32,000 nt of DNA from Cereibacter sphaeroides 2.4.1 (GTDB taxonomy: Bacteria; Pseudomonadota; Alphaproteobacteria; Rhodobacterales; Rhodobacteraceae): assembly GCF_000012905.2 (NCBI RefSeq), contig NC_007490.2, forward strand, positions 1 to 32,000, read 5' to 3'. The notes below the pieces were generated by a model, which was not told the DNA's origin, searched no databases, and saw only the letters and a list, made by a program, of their open reading frames with translations. Position numbers and translations under genes: made by a program. Positions within the stretch are counted from its first letter, which is position 1; each line of letters opens with the position of its first letter. This document shows positions 16,517-24,335 of this stretch, piece by piece.

Positions 16517-17587
16517 ATGCGAAGCGAAGCGAAGAACCAGAAGCCCACGGCGTACCCGATGAAGGGAATCGATGACCTCCCCCTGCACGAAATTATTGAA
16601 CCCGCTCTGGATATCACCAGTCCGCAGGTAGCGTGTGTTGGGATCGGAGTTCGCGCGGTGTGCAACTACGATTGTGTTTACTGTTACGCTGGGCATTCCG
16701 ATAAGCGTGGCGACATGTCTGTCGAACAATACTTTGACGTGATGGAGCAGGCCGCCGAACTCGGCGTGAAGACAATCATCATGACCGGGGCCGGAGGCAA
16801 GTCAGAACCAGGCCTGTTCAAAGGCCTCCTGCCGATCCTGGAACGTGCGTCTTCGCTCGGCATGTCGACGGCGATGTTCACCAATGGGTCGCAGTTCGGC
16901 GACGACAAGGTCGCTCGCATCCACAACCTTTCTGCCGTCGAGTTGGCGCATAAGATCCGCGAGCTGAAGGTGTCACTGTTCATCGCCTGCGAGACCTTGG
17001 AGCCGGACCTCTATTCCAACATTACCAAAAAGCCGATCGCGCCGTTCCAGACCGGGCTCATTAATTTGATCGCGGCCGGTTTCATTGGGACGCCGGGCGA
17101 GCCGACCTCGGTGACGATTAGCAGCGTGATCATGCGGCAGAACTTCGAGGAGCTCCCGGTTCTTCAGAAATTTGCGCACAACAACGGATGGCAGTACATC
17201 TGCAAGTTCCCAACCCTCGTTGGAAGCGCGCTCGACCATCCCGAGCTGTTCTTCTCGCCCGAGGAAGCAGCGGAGCGCCACAGCATCGTCGCAGAGTTGC
17301 GCGACAAGCCGGAAACCCTGACCGTCACCCACAGCGGCGCCGAATACTGCCTAGTTAACCAGGTCGGAATGTCTTTCGACAACCTAGGCACGCCGCTGAA
17401 CTGTCTGTCGGGATGCGAGATCACTAGCCGCAAGGATATGAACCTTAAGTCCATGCGCCTCGCGGACATCGTTCTGCTCAAGAAGCACCTCGCCCACCAA
17501 GGTATCGGCAACTGCCCGAAGAAGGCGGTGTTTTACGACTTCAAGCAACCAAAGCTTGAAGCAGCGGCGTTCCATGGATTGTCTTGA
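16517..17587 (+). CDS. Radical SAM enzyme (MoaA/PqqE/viperin-like core, Cys-containing C-terminal region)
   Basis: 'VCNYDCVYCYAG' is the CxxxCxxC motif, and 'IIMTGAGGKSEP' is a GGE-like motif. C-terminal cysteines (YCLVNQ, NCLSGCE, GNCPKK) could bind an auxiliary cluster. Confidence 0.85.
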   Translation: MRSEAKNQKPTAYPMKGIDDLPLHEIIEPALDITSPQVACVGIGVRAVCNYDCVYCYAGHSDKRGDMSVEQYFDVMEQAAELGVKTIIMTGAGGKSEPGLFKGLLPILERASSLGMSTAMFTNGSQFGDDKVARIHNLSAVELAHKIRELKVSLFIACETLEPDLYSNITKKPIAPFQTGLINLIAAGFIGTPGEPTSVTISSVIMRQNFEELPVLQKFAHNNGWQYICKFPTLVGSALDHPELFFSPEEAAERHSIVAELRDKPETLTVTHSGAEYCLVNQVGMSFDNLGTPLNCLSGCEITSRKDMNLKSMRLADIVLLKKHLAHQGIGNCPKKAVFYDFKQPKLEAAAFHGLS

Positions 17588-17594
17588 GGCCGTC

Positions 17595-18647
17595 ATGTCG
17601 ATGTTCAACCCATCGTCCTCACCTAGAGACGCGACCCATCCGACCGCCCAAGCCGGGGATCGCTCAAACGGGTCTGCCGCACAGTATGTGGCCGGTCTCT
17701 CCTTCGAGGACTTCGTTGCTATGACGAAGTTCCGCCACCCCAGGCTGCACGGCCTGCTTGACCCGCATTGGCAATGCGACGGTCGGGCACAGGCGGAGGT
17801 GGACCGCCTAAACGTCCAATCTTGGGAGTTCGAGGGTCAGACCGAGGGCGGGCGTGGGAACGATTACAATCTGGCGCAACGCAACATTGACAACCGTCAC
17901 ATCGGGATGACCCGGCTGTTGCGGCTATTCGGCGAAGATGGGGACACACTCCCCGGCCCGCGGACGGTGATCTTGGACGTGCTAGCGGGCGACGGCACGC
18001 TGCGGAGATTTTGCGAACGGTTCGGAGGTACCTCGCCGGAAATCATCTCAGCCGACATGTCACGGCTCATGGTCGACGCCTGTCTGGCCCAAGGCTACCC
18101 CAGCATTCGTCAATCCGCATCGAAAAGCTTCCTGAAGGACGCGGTGCTTGACGGGGTGTTGATCGCCTATGGAAGTCACCACTTGACCAATCCTGAACGG
18201 CGCGAAGCGGCACGCGAAGCGCACCGGACCCTTAGGCGCGGAGGTCGGTTCGTACTCCACGACTTCGAAACGAACGGCCCCGTCGACAGGTGGTTTCGTG
18301 AGGTAGTAGACCCGTTCTCCGCAACCGGGCACCCGCACCCGCATTTTTCCGCCGACGAAATGCGGCAGATCATGTCCGATGCGGGCTTCCGCGACGCCAA
18401 AGTGCAGGCGATGGAGGATCCTTTCGTGCTCACCGGCGACACGCCACAGGCTGCTCGGCGCACTATGCTCCAGCACTTACGCATGATGTATGGGCTCGTA
18501 CGGCTGACGCTAGAGAGCGACGCGGACTGGGACCGGCTGGAGGCCCTTGCCGCCGACACCTTGGGAGAGATGACCATCCGCGCCGTCGATCGCCACTACG
18601 AGGCAACTCTAATGCGTGATGCCTTGGTCGCCGTCGGCATACGATAG
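17595..18647 (+). CDS. Class I SAM-dependent methyltransferase with a ~120-aa N-terminal extension
   Basis: Motif I is 'VILDVLAGDGT'. Also 'LIAYGSHHL' and 'LRRGGRFVLHDFE'. The ATG at 17595 lies 7 bp after the previous stop. Confidence 0.8.
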   Translation: MSMFNPSSSPRDATHPTAQAGDRSNGSAAQYVAGLSFEDFVAMTKFRHPRLHGLLDPHWQCDGRAQAEVDRLNVQSWEFEGQTEGGRGNDYNLAQRNIDNRHIGMTRLLRLFGEDGDTLPGPRTVILDVLAGDGTLRRFCERFGGTSPEIISADMSRLMVDACLAQGYPSIRQSASKSFLKDAVLDGVLIAYGSHHLTNPERREAAREAHRTLRRGGRFVLHDFETNGPVDRWFREVVDPFSATGHPHPHFSADEMRQIMSDAGFRDAKVQAMEDPFVLTGDTPQAARRTMLQHLRMMYGLVRLTLESDADWDRLEALAADTLGEMTIRAVDRHYEATLMRDALVAVGIR

Positions 18648-18721
18648 GCGGTTCCACCACCAGACCGGTCTCGCCCCGCAGGGCGCGACCCTACGGGTCC
18701 CAGCAGAAACGGTCTCTTCGC

Positions 18722-19732
18722 ATGCAAAGAAAACGAACCCTCATCAACGACGCAACGCTGCGCGAAGGGAATCAGGCTTCGGGCGTAAGGTTCAGCGTAC
18801 ACGACAGCGTAGCCATTGCCACCGCGCTTGACGGGATCGGCGTCGACATGATCGAGATCGGTCACCCGCTCGCCGGACCATACGAGCACCAGCGCACCGA
18901 GGCCGTTGCGAAGCTCGGGCTCGGCGCAAAGATCATTGCGCACGCCCGTGCACATCGCACCGATATTGAGGCCGTCAGCCGTACCGGGGCCACTTGGGTC
19001 GGGATCTTCCTGGGTGTCAACGACATCACGACGAAGGCCCGGGTGATCGGTCGCAGCACCACGGAACTGATCCGAATGGTCGCCGACGCGGTGAAGGTCG
19101 CCAAGGATTGCGGCTTGAACATCCGCTACAGTTGCGAAGATGCTAGCCGCACCAACACACTGTTCCTAGTGGACGTGTTCGGCGCGGCGATCGACGCAGG
19201 CGCCGACCGCATTTGCTACGCCGATACGCTCGGAATCGCCGAGCCTGCCGAAGTTGCGCGCAAGGTCACCCTGATGAAGTCCGAATTCCCCGATGCGGAG
19301 GTGGAGGTGCATCTGCACGACGACCGCGGCCTCGCCATGGCCAACTCGCTCGCCGCGATCGACGCCGGTGTCGACTCTATATCCGTCTCGGTGAATGCGT
19401 TGGGCGAGCGCTGCGGCATCACGGACCTAGCGACCTTACTCGTCAATCTTGGATTTCGAGGCGAGCGCGCACTGCCCGACATCTCGGAGCTTCGAGCACT
19501 GTCACGATTGGTCGCCATGTCATCGAATACGCCCTTCGACGCGCTGCGGCCGATCGTCGGCGACAACGCGTTCAAGCATGGATCAAAACTTCACCAACGC
19601 GCCACGCAGTACGAGCCGCGTGCCTACGACTGGATCAAGGAGTTCATCTACAGACATGATCAGCAGGCCGTTGGGCAGGCACCTGGCGAGGAACCGTCGG
19701 CTCCCGACCAAACGGTCAGCGAAATTTCGTAG
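18722..19732 (+). CDS. Homocitrate / 2-isopropylmalate / citramalate synthase-like enzyme (HMGL-like DRE-TIM metallolyase, catalytic domain only)
   Basis: 'INDATLREGNQ', 'MIEIGHP' and 'EVHLHDDRGLAMANSLAAIDAGV'. At 336 aa it has no LeuA-type regulatory domain. Confidence 0.85.
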   Translation: MQRKRTLINDATLREGNQASGVRFSVHDSVAIATALDGIGVDMIEIGHPLAGPYEHQRTEAVAKLGLGAKIIAHARAHRTDIEAVSRTGATWVGIFLGVNDITTKARVIGRSTTELIRMVADAVKVAKDCGLNIRYSCEDASRTNTLFLVDVFGAAIDAGADRICYADTLGIAEPAEVARKVTLMKSEFPDAEVEVHLHDDRGLAMANSLAAIDAGVDSISVSVNALGERCGITDLATLLVNLGFRGERALPDISELRALSRLVAMSSNTPFDALRPIVGDNAFKHGSKLHQRATQYEPRAYDWIKEFIYRHDQQAVGQAPGEEPSAPDQTVSEIS

Positions 19733-19806
19733 TCGATGCCCGACTGCGGCGCCCGTTTCGGCGCGCCGGAGTGAGCACAAGTCTTCCAGACGCGGGATGC
19801 GACGCC

Positions 19807-20175
19807 ATGAAGATTAAACTGATCTACACACCAACCGCGGATCCGACCAGTCCTTGGGACTACCTTTACATCTTGAAGGGCTTCTTCGACAGCAAGACCG
19901 ACTGCAGGATCACAGTTTGCGGTCTCAACATCACAGGATTGCTGTATCTCTTCCAGCCGAAGTGGATCGAGACCTGTTGGGACCGGCTGAACGAGCGGGT
20001 CCTTCAATTCGAGGCGCGGAACAAACTCTCTACCCTCCAGCAGCTGGAATTTGACGCCGCGATCAATCCCCACAAATCCCCCGATGCCTCGGACGTGACC
20101 TGCTACTCCCTCGGGCCGTTGAAATACATCGCTTCGGCGAATGGCTGGTACTGGGAGGGTTCATCCTATGCCTGA
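19807..20175 (+). CDS. Hypothetical protein (122 aa), no recognisable domain
   Basis: The ATG at 19807 begins MKIKLIYTPT.... Its 3' end overlaps the next gene by 8 bp. Non-artefactual composition (Trp/Tyr/Cys-rich) in a locally low-G+C stretch. Confidence 0.55.
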   Translation: MKIKLIYTPTADPTSPWDYLYILKGFFDSKTDCRITVCGLNITGLLYLFQPKWIETCWDRLNERVLQFEARNKLSTLQQLEFDAAINPHKSPDASDVTCYSLGPLKYIASANGWYWEGSSYA

Positions 20176-21490
20176 CAGCCTCGGCCACAAACGGTCGATT
20201 CCGCTCCCCCACATTGGTCTGGCGACGAACGACCCGTACAGGTCGCTGGTTGCGCCGATCTATCAGACCACGGCCTTCGAACTCCCGGAGGCCGACGAGG
20301 CCGCAGCGCTGTTCGCGCTGGAGAAGCTCACACCGATCTATGCGCGCACCGACAATCCGACGACGCGCGTCCTTGAGGAACGGATGCGGGCCGTCGAACA
20401 GGGCGAGGCTTGCATCTGCTTCGCCACTGGCAAGGCCGCGATAGTCGCGGCGATCTGCGCGGTCACCGGAGCCGGAGACAATATCGTTGCGTCACGCAAC
20501 CTGTTCTCAGGCACAATGGCAATGTTCTCCGCGACGCTGAAGAACTTGGGGATCAATGTCCGATTCACCGAGCAGGACACGGCCGAAGCGTTCGAGGCCC
20601 TAAGTGATGAACGCACTAAACTGTGGTATGCTGAGACCTTGTCAAACCCGCTGCTGAAGGTCTTCCCAATCGCCAGCGTCGCACGGCGATCGCACTCGCT
20701 CGGTATCCCACTGGTTATCGACAACACGCTGGGCGTGGGCCTATGCCAGCCGCTGGCGTTCGGCGCAGCGGTTTCGGTTGTCTCCCTCTCGAAATACGTG
20801 GCGGGCGATGGCTCGACTATGGGCGGAGCCCTAAGCGAAGGGAACTTTGAGTGGGCCAGCGCGCGTGACCGGTTTACTTGGCTGTTCCAGCCAGATCCCG
20901 CATTCGCTGGCGTTGTGTGGGCCGATCTTGCCCGCAAGCATCGCACTACGCCGTACATGCTGCGGCTTCGGTTCGTCATGCTGCGGGATTTCGGCGCTAC
21001 CTTAAGTCCATTGTCTGCCTTCTTGCTATCTCAGGCGACGGAAACGCTCGCACTGCGCATACAGCGCCATGCCGAATCCGCGCGTCGCGTCGCCACCTTC
21101 CTGGATGGCCACCCTCGCGTGCGATCGGTCTGTCATCCCACGATCGGTACGGCCGACGAGGTACGGCGAAATGCGGATACGATTCCCGGCGGCGCCTGCG
21201 GGATGGTGTCGGTCGACATCCATGGCGGCCAAGTCGCCGGACAGCGTTTCGTGGCGGGCCTGACGCTGTTCCGGCATGTGGCGACCGCCGGATCAAGCGC
21301 CAGCCTCGCCATCCATCCCTATTCCACGCAGCTGCGGCAATTGACGGAGGACGAGCGTCGCAGAACAGGCGTTCCGGAAGGATTCGTTCGCCTGTCAATT
21401 GGCTTGGAGGATCCGGACATGCTGATCGACGATCTTCAACAGTCTCTCGCCGCCTTGGATGGGGGGCCAGCGCCAGTCCTACCCGAATGA
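20168..21490 (+). CDS. Cys/Met-metabolism PLP-dependent enzyme (O-acetylhomoserine sulfhydrylase / cystathionine gamma-synthase family)
   Basis: 'APIYQTTAF', 'YARTDNPTT', 'ETLSNPLL' and 'VSLSKYVAGDG', which contains the PLP lysine. GGGAGGG 8 nt before the ATG at 20168. Confidence 0.85.
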   Translation: MPDSLGHKRSIPLPHIGLATNDPYRSLVAPIYQTTAFELPEADEAAALFALEKLTPIYARTDNPTTRVLEERMRAVEQGEACICFATGKAAIVAAICAVTGAGDNIVASRNLFSGTMAMFSATLKNLGINVRFTEQDTAEAFEALSDERTKLWYAETLSNPLLKVFPIASVARRSHSLGIPLVIDNTLGVGLCQPLAFGAAVSVVSLSKYVAGDGSTMGGALSEGNFEWASARDRFTWLFQPDPAFAGVVWADLARKHRTTPYMLRLRFVMLRDFGATLSPLSAFLLSQATETLALRIQRHAESARRVATFLDGHPRVRSVCHPTIGTADEVRRNADTIPGGACGMVSVDIHGGQVAGQRFVAGLTLFRHVATAGSSASLAIHPYSTQLRQLTEDERRRTGVPEGFVRLSIGLEDPDMLIDDLQQSLAALDGGPAPVLPE

Positions 21491-21525
21491 CCCCGTCAAT
21501 GCTCAACTTATTGCGAGAGGTAGCC

Positions 21526-22302
21526 ATGACCATAACGAATTCGAAGGCCGAGGCCTGGGAGCTTATCGGCAACCAGTTTTGGACCATTGGCCGGGTCGCC
21601 GCACGTCCAAGCGATCGTGAGAACGACATCTTTCTGGAGAACATCGTGCCCGGTAGCACCGTTGCAGTAATCGGCGCGTCCACGCGCTTCCTGATCGAGA
21701 AGGCCCTCGAACGGGGCGCGTCCGTGACCGTCTTCGACTTCTCCCAACGCATGTGCGACGACTTGGCGGAAGCACTAGCGGACCGCTGCGTAACCATCGA
21801 CCTTCTCGACATCACCGCCGAGATCCCCAAGGAACTTGCCGGTCATTTCGACTTCGTGCTGAACGACCGGCTGATCAACCGCTTCACCACCGAGGAGGCG
21901 CGGCGTGCCTGTCTCGGCATGCTCAGCCTCGTGGGCTCCGGGACCGTCAGAGCGTCGGTCAAGCTCGGCTTCTACGACATCGACCTGAAGCTGATCGAGT
22001 ATGGCGAGCAATCGGGTACCTTGGCGAAATTTTTCGATCCGAGCGACAAGACCTTCCACTTCCGTGAGGCAGGTGACGTACTCGACCGGGCGCTAGTCCC
22101 GCACGGCTTAATCGACAAGCCGACATTGCTGGAATGGTATCGCCGCCGCGGCAAGGAGACCCGCTTCGACGACGAGGACGTGCGCGCCTTGCTCAGCCAC
22201 GACGTCGTGAATGCCAGAGGGTACGTCACCCTTGAAAAGGCGGTTGAACTTCCGGATGCACCGAACACGATGCTCTATCAGTTCTCGCGGCGGGCAGGAT
22301 AG
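21526..22302 (+). CDS. Methyltransferase-fold (Rossmann-like) protein, divergent
   Basis: 'STVAVIGASTRFLIEKALERGASVTVFDFSQRM' and 'FDFVLNDRLINRF' resemble motifs I, II and IV. GAGAGG before the ATG at 21526. An alternative ATG at 21487 forms an ATGA overlap with the previous stop. Confidence 0.55.
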   Translation: MTITNSKAEAWELIGNQFWTIGRVAARPSDRENDIFLENIVPGSTVAVIGASTRFLIEKALERGASVTVFDFSQRMCDDLAEALADRCVTIDLLDITAEIPKELAGHFDFVLNDRLINRFTTEEARRACLGMLSLVGSGTVRASVKLGFYDIDLKLIEYGEQSGTLAKFFDPSDKTFHFREAGDVLDRALVPHGLIDKPTLLEWYRRRGKETRFDDEDVRALLSHDVVNARGYVTLEKAVELPDAPNTMLYQFSRRAG

Positions 22303-22310
22303 AGACGGCG

Positions 22311-24074
22311 ATGTGCGGAATCTACGGCTTTTCGCGCGCGCCGGGATCAACATTCGACGGTGCACGGTTCCTGAACGACGCCCTTAGTAGCCAATCGCAT
22401 CGTGGACCTGACGGGGTGGGCGTCCATATCGGCGAGGCGGCGGGTGTTGGGATGGCGCGCCTGCGGGTCCGCGCGCCACTCGGAGAACCCCAGCCGATAC
22501 CGATGGCGGACGCCGGGTACGCCGCATACAATGGCGAAGTCTATCACAACTATCTTGGGCGCACGCCGGATGGCGGCGCAGGCGAGGTAGACTGCCTAAC
22601 CTCCCCTTCCGTCGACGGCATGTACTCGCTGCTGAAGATTAACGCACTTGGCACCACCTTGGAGATCCAGCGTGACACGTATGGCATCAAACCCTTGTTC
22701 GTGCGCAAGCACCGAGGAGCGCTGGCCTTCTCATCAGAAAAGCAGCCCCTAATCCAAGGCTTGGGGAAGATCCGGCTTAGGCGCGAGGCCATCGCTCAAT
22801 ACCTTGCGTTCGGCCGGCCGATCGACGGCCTCGGCTTCTACGAGGGACTACGCTCGATCCCAGCGGGCGGGCGGTTGAGCGCCTCAGGCGACACTTTGGT
22901 CCAGGCCTCGGCATCCCGGGACATCGCACAACGGATCACCGGAGCCACCCTCCGAGCCCCGCCGTGCCACGAGGAGGTCCGGGAGGCCATTCGCGACGCC
23001 GTAGGCCGAACTCTGGTCTCCAATCGGAAGGTCGGCGTTGCGGTCAGTGGCGGGTTGGATTCGACGATCCTGTGCAGCGAGCTCGATTCGCTGGGCATCA
23101 CCGATCTAGATCTCATCAGTATCCAAGCGTTAGGCTCCCAGGATGGAATTACCGACCTCTCCGCTCTTGAGCTTAAGGGCGAGGCTTGGAAATCTTGGCG
23201 GCTCACCGCCAGCCGCTTCGACCCAGCTACCTACTGGCGGGACCTTCGCCGGGCGATCGCCATCTTGGGCGAGCCGACCCAGATGACCAGCGCGCCGCTC
23301 TATCTCGGGCTGGCGGAGAAAGCGGCCGAGGCCGGAGTCGTCGTTCTGCTGCTAGGGGAGGGGGCGGACGAGTTGTTCTGCGGGTATCGAAGCTACCTGC
23401 CCATGTTGTCCGGCTGGTCCCTTCGCGATTTCCTGTTCCGACCTTTGGAGCGCGCCGTCTGCCAACGGCTGTTCTCAGGCGAGATCCAAGCTCGGTGCGC
23501 CGCAGCACTCGACGTCTTTACGAGGGCCCTGCCCGAAGGGGACCAATGGACGCAGCTGCGCGCCGCTGAAATGAGTCACAATTTGGAGCCTCTTCTCCTG
23601 CGCGCCGACCACACGCTCATGCGCTGCTCGATCGAGGGGCGCACCCCGTTTCTGCACGGCGATGTCGCAGACTTGGCATTTAGCCTTCCAATCGACTCGC
23701 TACTGAGCCCGAACCAGACCAAAGTGTTTCTGCGCCAAGCCTACTTCCGGGACCTGCCGGCCCACTTCAGCACCGAAATCAAAAAGCCATTTCGTGCGCC
23801 GGTTGCCACTTGGTTCGTCGGGCCGCTGAAAGCGTGGTTGACCGAGGAGTTCTCGCGGCAAGAAGCGGTGTTCGCCTGTCTGGGAATCGAGCCCGGAGGA
23901 CTGGAGCACGTGTTGACCAAGACGGCCCAAGGCCATGCGAGAATGGCGAAGGTTGCCTTCTGTCTCCTCACCCTGGGCTTCTGGATTGACTGGCTGATGG
24001 AAAATGACCTGATTGACGAACCGGACATCGCGCGCGCCCATCGCATGGGCAACGAGGGTCCAGCGAAACGGTGA
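22311..24074 (+). CDS. Asparagine synthetase (glutamine-hydrolysing)-like amidotransferase / adenylating enzyme
   Basis: 'MCGIYG' gives the Ntn Cys2. 'VGVAVSGGLDSTIL' is the PP-loop. Also 'LLLGEGADELFCGY'. 587 aa. Confidence 0.85.
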   Translation: MCGIYGFSRAPGSTFDGARFLNDALSSQSHRGPDGVGVHIGEAAGVGMARLRVRAPLGEPQPIPMADAGYAAYNGEVYHNYLGRTPDGGAGEVDCLTSPSVDGMYSLLKINALGTTLEIQRDTYGIKPLFVRKHRGALAFSSEKQPLIQGLGKIRLRREAIAQYLAFGRPIDGLGFYEGLRSIPAGGRLSASGDTLVQASASRDIAQRITGATLRAPPCHEEVREAIRDAVGRTLVSNRKVGVAVSGGLDSTILCSELDSLGITDLDLISIQALGSQDGITDLSALELKGEAWKSWRLTASRFDPATYWRDLRRAIAILGEPTQMTSAPLYLGLAEKAAEAGVVVLLLGEGADELFCGYRSYLPMLSGWSLRDFLFRPLERAVCQRLFSGEIQARCAAALDVFTRALPEGDQWTQLRAAEMSHNLEPLLLRADHTLMRCSIEGRTPFLHGDVADLAFSLPIDSLLSPNQTKVFLRQAYFRDLPAHFSTEIKKPFRAPVATWFVGPLKAWLTEEFSRQEAVFACLGIEPGGLEHVLTKTAQGHARMAKVAFCLLTLGFWIDWLMENDLIDEPDIARAHRMGNEGPAKR

Positions 24075-24136
24075 CCTGCTCCCCTGAAAAGTCCGCGGTT
24101 TGAGGTTAGCCTGTTCTCCAAACGAGGAGACAGACG

Positions 24137-24292
24137 ATGCGGAAAAGCCGTTTCAGCGAAGAGCATATCATTGGCATTCTGAAGGAGAACCAAGCCAGGA
24201 TAGGCGCCAAGGAGCTCTGCCGGAAGCACGGCGTCAGCGATGGCACGTTTTACAAGTGGCGTTCGAGGTCAGCTCCGTGCCGTTGTAGCTGA
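24137..24292 (+). pseudogene. IS3/IS407-type orfA, first ~44 codons only
   Basis: 'MRKSRFSEEHIIGILKENQARIGAKELCRKHGVSDGTFYKWRSR', followed by unrelated residues. Confidence 0.7.
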
Positions 24293-24335
24293 CCACCGTA
24301 AGCGCAGGCTGACCGCCCCTCGGGTAGCGGCTTGA

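Noticed and set aside
16517-19732. NifB/NifV-like pair (radical SAM plus homocitrate synthase), implying a nitrogenase cofactor function
   Set aside because: The radical SAM protein lacks the NifB-type CNIQCNYC context and the NifX-like domain. No other nif genes are present, and the partners (PLP gamma-enzyme, AsnB-like enzyme, methyltransferases) do not fit FeMo-co synthesis.
20878-21525. N-terminal 216 aa of the 474-aa ORF 20878..22302, overlapping the PLP-enzyme gene
   Set aside because: This part is Arg/Ser/Pro-rich and lies out of frame inside a gene with clear PLP-family motifs. The credible coding part starts at ATG 21526 (Shine-Dalgarno GAGAGG) or 21487.
22311-24074. Lasso-peptide cyclase interpretation of the AsnB-like gene
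   Set aside because: There is no transglutaminase-like leader protease (B protein), no RRE, and no plausible short precursor ORF with a Gly1...Asp/Glu8-9 core next to it.
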